Shown in pieces: positions 28,329 through 41,507 of a stretch of 64,000 bases of DNA. The position numbers and the translations under genes are program-made. Source of the stretch: Octopus sinensis (lineage: Eukaryota); assembly GCF_006345805.1 (NCBI RefSeq), contig NC_043000.1, forward strand, positions 43,834,001-43,898,000, in the 5' to 3' direction. Positions within the stretch are counted from its first letter, which is position 1. Each line of letters starts with the position of its first letter. The notes below the pieces were generated by a model. That model was not told where the DNA came from. It saw only the letters and a program-made list of their open reading frames with translations, and did no database searches.

Positions 28329-30663
28329 TCCATTTCTCCATTCATTAATTTAGAGATGTTCGTTTCCAGAGCGGTTATACTTTTTATACATATCTTAAGT
28401 TCCTTGGTGAAGTAATTTTGGTTGGTGTATATGTTGAGGCTTATATGTACTTGTGGGTGTGTGTGAGTGGGGTGAGTGTTTGTATTTGTTATGGGTGTGT
28501 GGTTTACGTGTGTGTTTTTGTGTGTGAATGTATAGGTTAAAGGGATTGCTATATAAGTATGTTATAGTGTTTAGTAAAGGGAGGTTTTATCATTTCTGTT
28601 TTGTGAGTTTTAGCTTATCATGGTAGTTTTATAAAAGAATCCATTCATAATTTTTGTGTTTATTTGTCTGTGTGGGGTTGAGTGGGTTTTTGGAGTATAA
28701 TTTGAGGTTTATATGTATGTATTGGTATGTGTAAGTGGTGTGGGTATTTGTATATGTCGTGGGTGTGTGGTTTACGTGTGTGTATTTGTGTGTGAATGTT
28801 TAGGTTAGGGGGATTGCTATATAGGTTTGTTATAGAGTTTAGTAAAGGGAGATTTTATCATTATATGTTTTTATGAGTTTTGGTTTATCATGGTAGGTTT
28901 GTTAAGGAATTCGTAGTAATTTGTGTCTATTTGCGATGTCTGTTGTTTTATTGCATTGTTTCATTCATAATTTTAAGTAGTGTTCGTTTTACCAAGTGAA
29001 TATAATTTTTAATTCCATTTATTCCATTTCTCCGTTCATAGTTTTGAGTGATGTCCGTTTTCTAGAGCGTGAAGTGTGTGGGTGTATGTGTGTGTGTGTG
29101 TGTGGGAGTATGAATAAGTATTGTGTTGAAGTATTTAGCTATTTTATTTATTTATAGTTGCCTAGACGTTTTTATGTGTATGTATAGTGATATATATATA
29201 GGTGTGTGATTTAGTGTATGTAGTTAGATAATGGTTATATATAATAGGTATATGTGTATGGGTGTATATATAGTTATTATTATATTATTATTATTTTTTT
29301 GTTTTGTTTTATATATTATATTTTATATTTTATATTTTATATTTTATATTTAATTGTTGATAGGTTTTTTTTAGTTTATATATTGTTTATATATTGATTA
29401 TATATGGATTATATATAGGTTATATATGGATTATATACTTATATTTCATTCATACTTTAATTATTTTAAAATTATTATTTTTATATTTTAAAATATTGAT
29501 TTTTTAGATTGGAAGTCCACCTGAAGATTGTCGATCAAGACAAGAAACGATTGTAGTGGCGGTTTTTTTGACTATTTATTAAAATTTTATGTATTGATTA
29601 AGTATTTCCTTGTTTGTTTTGCAAAATAGTGGTTTTGTCTCTAATAATATTTTATATACATATATATATATACATTGAGTAGCCTGTTGTTGACTTGTAA
29701 TTTTTGCAATAGAATATCTATTTAATAATTTATTTTTTTAATCTCAAGTGATGCCATGTCTTCCCAAATAGATGAGGACAGACTTGTACAATATTTTTGC
29801 TAAAAAGTTTTGTTTAGGATTTTCTCCTTAAATAATTTACATGACTCTTCTTCAATTTCAGTTGACTTGATTCATTAATACTAATTAAAACTTCAGAACT
29901 TCTTACAACACCCCTTGTCGTAAATTTTTGCTTTTATTCTATTCCATGAAAATTTTATAATTTTCTAGAACTTTTGTGGAAGGAATAATTACCAAAATTG
30001 GATTCAGCATGAAAATATACCAAATTTTAAAATTTTCAAAATTTTAGAATTTCAAAGTTTGTGACAGCAAGAGAAAAGACCCGAGAGAGGTACATAATAA
30101 TACGACACCACACACACACGCACATACACACACGCACACACTCACACATACGTACAAACACACACATACCAAAGCCCACAGACCCTGGTAATCAGGTGAT
30201 TAAGTTATACCCAAACTATTTCTCCTTGCGATGCACTATTCGAGAATGGAAACCGTTTTCCTCTAGCACGCAACGTTTCAGAGCCGTTCACTGATATACA
30301 CACATATACTTTCATTCATTTTTAATTCGTATGTTAGTATGTCTGTATGCATGTATATGTGGGTGCCTGTGTGTAAGTGTATGTTAGTATGTCTGTGTAC
30401 GTGTGAATGTTTCTTCGTGATGGACAGAAGAAAGGCTGCATAAGACCAACAGTAGTCAACTTAGCCGACCGCACTCTACTTTAAGTTACATATACCTCAC
30501 ACATACATTCCTTAAACTTCTTTGAAAAGTCTGTTGGTATATTTATGAATCTATATATATATATATACGTGTACATTGTCCAACGTAATATATTTCCACC
30601 TTACTTCAATCCTCGTCCGCATCTTGTACAATTCCAAATGCAAATTCTACCATGCGATATCTG

Positions 30664-30715
<52 letters not shown>

Positions 30716-30719
30716 ACTA

Positions 30720-30796
<77 letters not shown>

Positions 30797-30887
30797 TATA
30801 TATAATTATATATATATATAGAAACACAGATGTATAAATATATATATATATATAATATATATATATATATATCTGTGTGTGCGTATA

Positions 30888-30921
<34 letters not shown>

Positions 30922-30945
30922 CTGTGTTGTGTATATATATATATG

Positions 30946-30991
<46 letters not shown>

Positions 30992-31063
30992 TATACAATC
31001 AAAGCAATTAAGATTCAAGTCAATTCCAATGAATTTACTTGAATGTGGTACTTAAATTAGATG
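28329..31063 (+). repeat. Inverted copy of 16951-19556 (part of the pLTR plus flanking segment A)
   Basis: Abrupt junction at 28328/28329 (catatacatact|tccatttctcc); the reverse-complement match runs through the element end into the flank. Confidence 0.9.
29517..29559 (+). ncRNA. Minimal type I hammerhead ribozyme, copy 3
   Basis: ccacCTGAAGAttgtcgatcaagacaaGAAAcgattGTAgtgg. Confidence 0.85.
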
Positions 31064-32442
<1,379 letters not shown>

Positions 32443-32569
32443 AGAATTAGCACTTCCTTCTCTAAGCTTGGATTCGAAATCAAATCCAAGAATCATTGGT
32501 CGGCAAATACCAATGCACAAAAAGGCGCCAAATCAGAATCTCTTTGTTCTGACAAAAAATGATGGATCG

Positions 32570-33020
32570 TCTCCCTTCGACCTCTGACCTGAGCAGGACA
32601 GGCGAAGTTTAACGGAACGACCAGCGACCTACTTTAACGATAACTCTCTTGCAATATATCTATTTTTCTGGCTATTTGAGATTTTATAAATAGAACGGAG
32701 AAATAGGTATCTGCAGAGAACCAGAACCAACGCTTAAGAGAACGTCACGCATTTATGGAGACGACGAGAGAATACTCATAAAAGGTGACTGTCCTGCATG
32801 ATTTACTCACACACACACACACACCATCAAACATATTCTTCTTTAATATGTACCATGTATTATGCATTCTTTAATATGTATTATTTGCAAGCATTATTTA
32901 ATATGCATTTTTGTACAAGCGATGTGTAGCATTGCTTACAAATTGATGTAGTGAAAATAAATCTTTAATTTATTACAACACAACTTATATATTTATTAAT
33001 ACATCCACACATCCACTACA
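32570..33020 (+). repeat. 5' LTR (shared portion; possible TG start at 32439)
   Basis: Direct repeat of 36853-37299, ends ...ccactaca; roughly a dozen substitutions counted by eye. Confidence 0.9.
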
Positions 33021-33022
33021 TT

Positions 33023-33033
33023 TGGTGACCCCG
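33023..33033 (+). promoter_or_regulatory. Primer-binding site complementary to the tRNA-Trp 3' end
   Basis: TGGTGACCCCG, 2 nt after the LTR end. Confidence 0.85.
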
Positions 33034-33063
33034 TAAAACGAATCGCGCCTTCCCCAAAAAATA

Positions 33064-33622
33064 CTTCACCAGCTTCTGATATCGGAAGAATTGGGTGACA
33101 AAACGCCGTCCCAGCTTCTTCGGAGAATGAAACAGCTTCTCGGAGATGAGACGCTCCCAGAAAAAAATTTCAAGCAACTTTTTCTCCAGCGTCTGCCCTC
33201 CAATACCCAGGTTGTTCTCGCGTCTACCAGAGAAAACACATCCCTTGAAGAACTGGCGGAGCTAGCTGACAAAATAGCCGAAGTACCGCACAGATATCCA
33301 ACGGTATCGGCGGTGACGCCAGCCGCTCCCAGTACCAATCCTTTCCGTGCACAAACCAGTTCTTCCGAGATTTCGGATTTGCGTGCAAGCTGCGCAAATA
33401 CAAATCCTCACAGCCCAAATACAAGCCCTAAAGTTTAGTCCCCAGCGTCGAAGCACCAGCCGATCTCGACGAGATGGCAGACGGTCCGGAAGCCCCAGTG
33501 CTACCCGCAACTCACATGACACGTGTTGGTACCACCGAACATTCGGAACACGGGCACAAAAATGTACGGTACCGTGCTCGTTTTCCTCACCCAGTTCGGG
33601 AAACGGCACAGCCAGGAATTGA
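33064..33622 (+). pseudogene. gag: Truncated gag (C-terminal half), one frameshift near 33385
   Basis: LHQLLISEELGDKTPSQLLRRMKQLLG...LFLQRLP...LADKI; CHCC finger CWYHRTFGTRAQKCTVPC. Confidence 0.85.
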
Positions 33623-33660
33623 ACGCGACGGAAGTTCCTGGTTCGCACCCACACAGTCGC
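33598..33660 (+). promoter_or_regulatory. Programmed -1 ribosomal frameshift signal (slippery heptamer plus pseudoknot)
   Basis: G GGA AAC in the gag frame (33598-33604); S1 gccaggaa(33611-18)/ttcctggt(33635-42); S2 gcgac(33625-29)/gtcgc(33656-60); pol is in the -1 frame. Confidence 0.8.
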
Positions 33661-36314
33661 CTGTTTTTCGTTTGCGATCGTGTAACAGGCACGCGTTTCC
33701 TGGTTGACACAGGTGCGGAAGTCAGCATCATCCCAGTCTCCAACACTTCTGGAAAAAGAAAAGAGACATCAGTCTGTCTTCAGGCAGTCAACCATTCACC
33801 CATTCCAACCTACGGTGAACAGTCCCTAACATTGAACATAGGACTACGCCGCACATTTCAGTGGGTATTCGTCGTCGCTAAACTGCCGACCCCTATCTTA
33901 GGAGCCGATTTCCTGCATCATTTAGGTCTCCTGGTAGACATAAAGAACAGACGACTTGTCGACACCACCACCAAGCTTACTGTGCGCGGTATAGCCGCTC
34001 GAATGGACACAGTCAGTCCAACTGTAATGCTTACGACAACGACTCGTCACAGTTCCATCCTGAATGAATATCCAGATTTCGCGCGACCAGTTTTTCATAA
34101 CCAGCCGATAAAACACGACGTTACCCACCACATCAAAACCAGCGGTCCACCTGTTGCTGCAAGGCCCAGAAGGTTACCACCTGATCGTCTCCAGGCCGTC
34201 AACCGGAAATTCCAGCACATGCTCGACCTCGGAATCATCCGCGTTTCCAGCAGCAACTGGTCCTCGCCGATACACTGCGTCCCAAAAAAATCATCGACCG
34301 ATTGGCTGGTTTGCGGCGATTATCGATCACTGAATAAAAGCACTATCAGTGATGCCTATCCGGTGCCTTTTCTTCAGGACTTTTCGAGCTCGCTGCATGG
34401 AGCTCGCATCTTTTCAAAAATCGACCTGGTGCGAGCATACAACCAAATCCCAGTCGAACCTGCAGACCTCTCAAAGACAGAACCTGGAAAAATGCAGATA
34501 TAGCTCTGACCGAAGATCAACTCGTTTCTTTCGCTGCCCTGAAAAAAGCGTTATCTAGCGCTACCATGTTGGTTTATCCAAAACCAGACGCCCCACGATG
34601 TTTACTCGTTGATGCATCCGATTCCGGAATCGGAGGTGTGCTACAACAGATTGTTGACGGTATATGGCAACCGTTGTCTTTCTTTTCTAAGCGGTTAAAA
34701 CCCGCGGAAACCAAATACAGCACATTCAGTCGGGAATTATTAGCGGCATACCTGGCCGTTAAGCATTTCCGTCATATGCTAGAAGGTACAAATTTTGCCA
34801 TATACACCGACCACAAGCCATTAGTATACGCATTTAACACCAAACCGGATCGACATTCGCCGAGAGAAATCCGCCACCTCGACTTCATATCGCAGTACAC
34901 GACGGATATACGCCACATCAAAGGGACGACCAACGTGGCAGCCGATGGACTTTCACGTGCGCAAATCAATGCTATCCACACCACGTCTACAATTGATCTG
35001 GCACGTATAGCAGCTGACCAGGAGAATGACGAAGAACTTCTAAAGCTCCGGAATTCGTCATCTCTGAAATTTCAGCATGTTCCGCCACCATCATCCACAG
35101 CCCATATTTGGTGTGATATTTCCACTGGTTACCAACGCCCTTATGTACCACAGAAATATCGTCGAGAAGTTTTCTCCGCTCTGCATTCTCTGTCACATCC
35201 TGGTATTCGCTCCACTCAAAAGCTGATATCGACCCGTTTTGTGTGGACCAGTATCAACAAGGACATCAGAGAATGGACCAAGTGCTGTGTTGCGTGCCAA
35301 AAAGCGAAAATCCACCGGCACATAAAATCAACAATCGGTTCATTTTCGCAGCCCGACGCACGATTTCAGCACGTTCACATTGATATCGTTGGACCCCTGC
35401 CACCTTCGCAGAACTATTCATATTTGCTAACTTGCGTAGATAGGTTCTCGCGATTGCCCGAAGCCTGGCCCTTATCTGATATATCAGCCGAAACGGTCGC
35501 TAAAACGCTGATATCACAATGGGTTTCGCGTTTTGGCACACCCGCAACAATTACCACCGACAGAGGACGTCAGTTCGATTCCCACCTTTTCACCGAGCTG
35601 ACTCGTCTCCTCGAGTGTAAACACACCCACACTACAGCTTACCACCCTGCAGCAAATGGCATGGTCGAACGCTTTCACCACCAACTCAAGGCATCTATAA
35701 AAGCAGCTCCAGACAGTGCTCACTGGTTGGAACATCTCCCTCTCATCCTCCTTGGAATTCGATCCACGATTAAGGAAGAACTGGGATATACTCCGGCCGA
35801 ACTCGTTTATGGCACAACACTCACCTTACCTGGGCAGATGATCGAACCTGTTTCACAAAACTTCCCTGACCCACAACAATATGTGCACCGATTACGGACA
35901 TCCATGTCGCAGTTATCACCTTCAGGCCCCAGACAACAGAACGTCGTTTCACGTGTCCCAAAAGATATCAACACATGGACTCATGTCTTCGTGAGGAATG
36001 ATGGGATACCCCCTCAACTTCGACCACCATATTCCGGGCCCTACAAGGTCATCAAAAGAGAACCCAAGTATTTCGACCTCGATATTGGAGGTAAACGAAA
36101 TACGGTCTCGATTGATCGTTTACAAAAAGCTTTCATCGAGGAGGACTTACATTCAGTCCCCTCTTTTCCTCAAACAGGCGCGGCAACTCCAGCGAACACC
36201 ACAGATTCTGCACAACCCCGACATACCAAATCAGGAAGAACAGTTCGATGGCCAGCAAGGTTTGTGCAAGTTTTTCGGGTAAGTTCTGAACTCCTAACGA
36301 ATCCATCTTCCTAA
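33598..36314 (+). pseudogene. pol: pol: aspartic protease, RT N-terminus only, RNase H, integrase
   Basis: FLVDTGAEVS; VCGDYRSLN...[15 protein letters not shown], then a jump to [22 protein letters not shown]; HSLSHPG..CVAC; [19 protein letters not shown]. Confidence 0.92.
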
Positions 36315-36852
36315 TGAACACATAACTGCATCACCCACCCAGAGAAATCAAAGAACATTTGTGTACGTAAAGAAAAAAAAATGAAAACAAAAACTGTCTG
36401 TATGAACTTTTACGGAACATTTCAAAATCGAACTTTGCCGATGAACATTTCTTTCATTTTTGCATGTACATATGTTTTGTTTTCTCTTCAAAATGTTTTG
36501 TTTTCTCATAAGTATATTTTTGCTAACTGTATATCCACACAAATTTACAAATCTTGTTCTCATGCGTGCTATCACTCGATTTTTTTTTCGCCACTGAAAG
36601 ATTCCTTGTCTCTATTAGACCTCTTGTAGGTCGAGTAATCAATAGACGCACATCTCTTTCAACGCGCCAACATAATTCTGCCTGGGCACATATACATATT
36701 GCCCACCATATAGCACATACAAATTGTAAACCTTTCATGCATATTTTTATCGTTCAATGTGTAAAAAAAATTTTTTTTATGCATGCACACAATAAAAAAA
36801 AAAAAATAAATAATAATAATACATTTCAAATATCGTTCGATCTCTGTGGCTT

Positions 36853-37299
36853 TCTCCCTTCGACCTCTGACCTGAGCAGGTCAGGCGAAGTTTAACGGAA
36901 CGACCAGCGACCTACTTTAACGATAACTCTCTTGCGATATATCTATTTTTCTGGCTATTTGAGATTTTATAAATGGAACGGAGAAATAGGTATCTGCAGA
37001 GAACCAGAACCAACGCTTAAGAGAACGCCACGCATTTATGGAGACGACGAGAGAATATTCATAAAAGGTAACTGTCCTGCATGATTTACTCACACACACA
37101 CACCATCAAACGTATTCTTCTTTAATATGTACGTTGTATTATGCATTCTTTAATATGTATTATTTGCAGGCATTATTTAATATGCATTTTTGTACAAGCG
37201 ATGTGTAGCATTGCTTACAAATTGATGTAGAGAAAATAAATCTTTAATTTATTACAAAACAACTTATGTATTTATTAATACATCCACACATCCACTACA
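36853..37299 (+). repeat. 3' LTR (shared portion)
   Basis: Direct repeat of 32570-33020, followed by tatatat. Confidence 0.9.
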
Positions 37300-37326
37300 T
37301 ATATATATGCGTACGCTCACACACTG

Positions 37327-37367
<41 letters not shown>

Positions 37368-38678
37368 CATACATATGCACACTCACATTTACATGAATGC
37401 TAATATTTGTATACGTGTGTGTGTGTGTGTGCATGAGTGAGTCTATGTGCGTGTGTCTGTGTGTCTCCATTTCTCTGTATTTGCGTATACAGGAATATAG
37501 GTTTTAGCGTCTCTCCGCATGTATTTAACAAGTGCAACAATTTATTTGGAGATCACGGTTCAATCCTACGATATACTAAATGTTTTGTTTCTTTTCTGTA
37601 GTTTCAAATAAACTGGATGGACATTCATACAAATTTCGAGTATTGTAAATCTGTGGGGGAACACGCATAACAACATAGGCACACTCAAGCGGATAATTAC
37701 GCATGAAGAAGTTACTAACGCGGGTCTATTTGAAAGTCATTTGGAATATACCTCATTTACAAGAGATAGGAAGAAACGTCAAAAATGAGTTTGCCAACAA
37801 TTGAACACTTTTAATTACCACTACTGATCAAGATACCGCTTTAGGACACAAAATTCTGATAGGATCTTAAAGGTTATAGATCATAAAATTTACAATGATA
37901 CAAACTCTATTAAATGCCTCTATCGGACATAATTATTTCTTATCTTCTCCAATATATTGCTGACCTTTTGGTGAGCTCCATTTATGATGTGTTAGATATA
38001 TGTTGCCTTTAATTATCCTTGCTGTAATTACTATTGTTGATAGATATAATGAAAGAACTATGATGTTTTCCGATTACATATGTACTATCTACATGCGTAT
38101 GTGTATATGTAAATACGCACAGGCTCACACTGGCAAACGTATATGTACGTTTTATGTACGCCATATATACATGTACAGACAAACTCATAATTACGGATAC
38201 GTATGCGCATGTTGGCAGGAATTATTTTCCTTATCCGTGTGTATATTTGGCTTTCCTTACGGACACATGATTTAGCTTTTGGCACTAATTTGCAAGTTGA
38301 TTTATAGAATCATTCCTGGCAAAACTTAGACGTCCCGAAACTTTATGAAATTTGCACACACACGAAACATACACACGCATACACACACACACGCACGCAC
38401 AAATTCACATATGTATATACAAAGAGATGGAGAGAGTGAATGAGTGAGAGAATGAGAGAAAGAGAGAGAGAGAGACAGACAAACAGAGACAGACAGACAG
38501 AGGTACTCATGTACAATTGTATTGAACATTTCGTGTGAATTCGAACATGGCAAGATTTTCTGCTGGCGGAACTACTCCCAGAAGAAAATTCGGAACGTTA
38601 TCACATGTACGAATACACTCAAATCTTTTAAATTATAAGAATGCTTCTTTGAACGGTGCCTTGCGTAAGATGATTTCA

Positions 38679-38781
<103 letters not shown>

Positions 38782-38804
38782 TATAGATATATATATATAT
38801 TATA

Positions 38805-39205
38805 TTTGTTCCAGTCAGTTGAGTGCGGCCATGAGAGAGCATCGCCTTTTTTTTAGTCGAGCAAATCTACCCCAGGACCCATTGTTTGTAAGCCTAGTAA
38901 TTATTCTATCGGTCTCTTTTGCTGAACAGCTAATTAATGGGGACGTGTACACACCAACACACACACATCACACACTAACACACCAACACACACATCAACA
39001 CACACATCACACACATCACACACATCACAGACACACACACACACATATATATACGACAGGCCTCTTTCAGTTTCCGTCTACCAAGTCCACTCACAAGACT
39101 TTGGTCGGCCCCAGGCTATAGTAGAATGCACTTGCCCAAGGTATATTCAACTATGTGTATTCGGGACTGAACCCGAAACTATGTGATTGGGAATGAAGCT
39201 CTCTC
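38805..39205 (-). mobile_element. SINE, same family as 41150-41507, with internal (CA)n
   Basis: ttttagtcgagcaaatc.acccc...tttcagtttccgtctaccaa...cttgcccaag...gggactgaaccc shared by both copies. Confidence 0.8.
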
Positions 39206-39479
39206 ACTGAAACACGCATATATATATATATAAACAAAGCACGAGGGAGATATATACAATGATTGTTAAAATGTATACTGTATATTATTTCAATTCTTTT
39301 TAAAACTATATATGCTGTTTCATTAAATTGCTGAAACTGAGTCTGAGTGACGACTGAATATAATGCACACCTGAAGAAAGAAACATTCCAGGAGTGAATT
39401 CCTATTGATAGAAGGAAGATTCACCCTGCATTATAAATAAATTAAGGCTGGAGCGTAGGGTGTTCAGGAGCTGCATGCA

Positions 39480-39590
39480 CTCCGCTAAATGTTCGACCGG
39501 TGTGAACAAGGGGAGATAATAAACGATTTTTTTCATTTGGTGCTCTTTTTCTATTATCTCCCCTTGTTCAGACCAGTCGACGTAACGGAG
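39480..39590. repeat. ~110-bp hairpin / MITE-like element
   Basis: ctccg..tcgaccggtgtgaacaaggggagataata ... tattatctccccttgttcagaccagtcga..cggag. Confidence 0.7.
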
Positions 39591-40119
39591 TATCTTTTGG
39601 AAGAAGCTATTGCAGTGTTCATGAGTTATTTCATCGAACTTTTGGTGGGCTCTACTGGATGAGTTAGATAAGGAAGACTTGTATTCCCTTACTGCTGATG
39701 TAGTTTAACGTTTTTTTTTTCCAAGACTTGAGCACCAATTGAAAAATTCAAATTTGATTGCAAAGAATTGAAATTTGATTGCAAAGAATTCAAATTTGAT
39801 GGCAAAGAATCCAAACTAGATCGAAAACATCTATCAGTTGAACGACCTAAACAATTAATGCTACTTTCGTCAGACCCATTTGTTATTGGGATTGTTTAGT
39901 TTCCAGCTAGCAAATCAACTCACAAGAATTCGCTCGGCTAGAGGTTGTTGCATGTCGCACTCTGTGGGTTTGGACGCTGCACGATCTGGTTGGGATGCAA
40001 TCTTCTAACATAATAGACACGTCTGCCTGTATGCGTAACGGAGGGGCACACTTCTGCATAGATACATAAACACGCTAACGTTGGTTTCGATCTTCGTTTC
40101 TAGGCCAGATATTTCGTGG

Positions 40120-40270
40120 AAATTGGGTAAGTCGATTACATCGACCCCAGTACTCAACTGATGTCTATTTAACCGACCGCGAAATGTAATGTCGATCTGG
40201 GAGGAATTGGAACTGAGAACATAACGTCGGAAGGAAGGCTAATAAGCATTTTTCCGGCGAGATAACAATT
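40120..40270 (-). mobile_element. SINE fragment
   Basis: gtcgattacatcgaccccagtac...ggaattggaactgagaac; reverse homolog of 10480-10615. Confidence 0.6.
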
Positions 40271-41507
40271 CTGCCAGCTCACAGTGTTATAGATGCACTA
40301 GTAATAACACTTAGTTGTGTATGAAGTCATACATGAATGCAGTTTGAGTTATAACTGCAGGATTACTGCGTCACATTTCCTAAGGTAATTCTTTGTTAAT
40401 CTTAAAGAATAATTTGAAATTGACTTCCGTGTTTCGGTGTTTATCTGTATCTTGCGTGTTTGTTTATGCATATTGATACTGGCACAAACTTTTAATATAA
40501 GTAAGTGCATGTACTTATATGTAGTAGCAGGTATATATGCGAAATTAAATATGCTTCTTTACGCAGCGTTCCGGTGCACAATATGATGAAACATCAGATA
40601 TTGAATATAAGATGTGCAGACAAGTATATTAATATAGGGTATATGAAATACGGGAATGAACGCGATGGCGTTCCAGCTTGCAGCTGGAAAGAATGGGAGA
40701 TTCTGGGGTTATTCATGTCGACCAATTCATATCTGCATATAGTTTTAGGTGGCATATTTTTCCACTGTCTGGTAGTTTAGATACGTCACCCCTTAATAAA
40801 GTAATTGATACATTTGTAGAAAACTTTATACCGTTTCAAATATTATTTCCTTCTTGGATATTTCAAGTTTCTCGAAACCTTTGTCGATCACAATTCATAG
40901 TTGTTATGCATATGTTGTTTATAGTCCTCATTTTGCTTTCTACAACCTTTTCTGTTTTTCCCCATAATATATACTTCTCTAACTTTTGGTAAATGCTTTC
41001 CTGCATAGATATGTGTTGTTTGTTCTATACGAAGGCATTTTGACACTTTTTATAATATGACGGCATGAGGAAAACTTCTCTTTTTTAGTCTATTCTTTAG
41101 TTCTAAAAACTCAGATTGATTACTCTTTTACTCTTTTACTTGTTTCAGTTATTTGACTGCGGCCATGCTGGAGCACCGCCTTTAGTCGAGCAAATCGACC
41201 CCGAGACTTATTCTTATTCTATCCAGTACTTATTCTATCATTCTCTTTTGCCGAACCGCTAAGTGACAGGGACGTAAACGCACCAGCATCGGTTGTCAAG
41301 CAATGCTAGGGAGACAAACACAGACACACAAACACACACATACATATACATATATATACATATATACGACAGGCTTCTTTCAGTTTCCGTCTACCAAATC
41401 CACGCACAAGGCATTGGTCGTCCCGGGGCTATAGCAGAAGACACTTGCCCAAGATGCCACGCAGTGGGACTGAACCCTGAACCATGTGGTTGGTTAGCAA
41501 GCTACTT

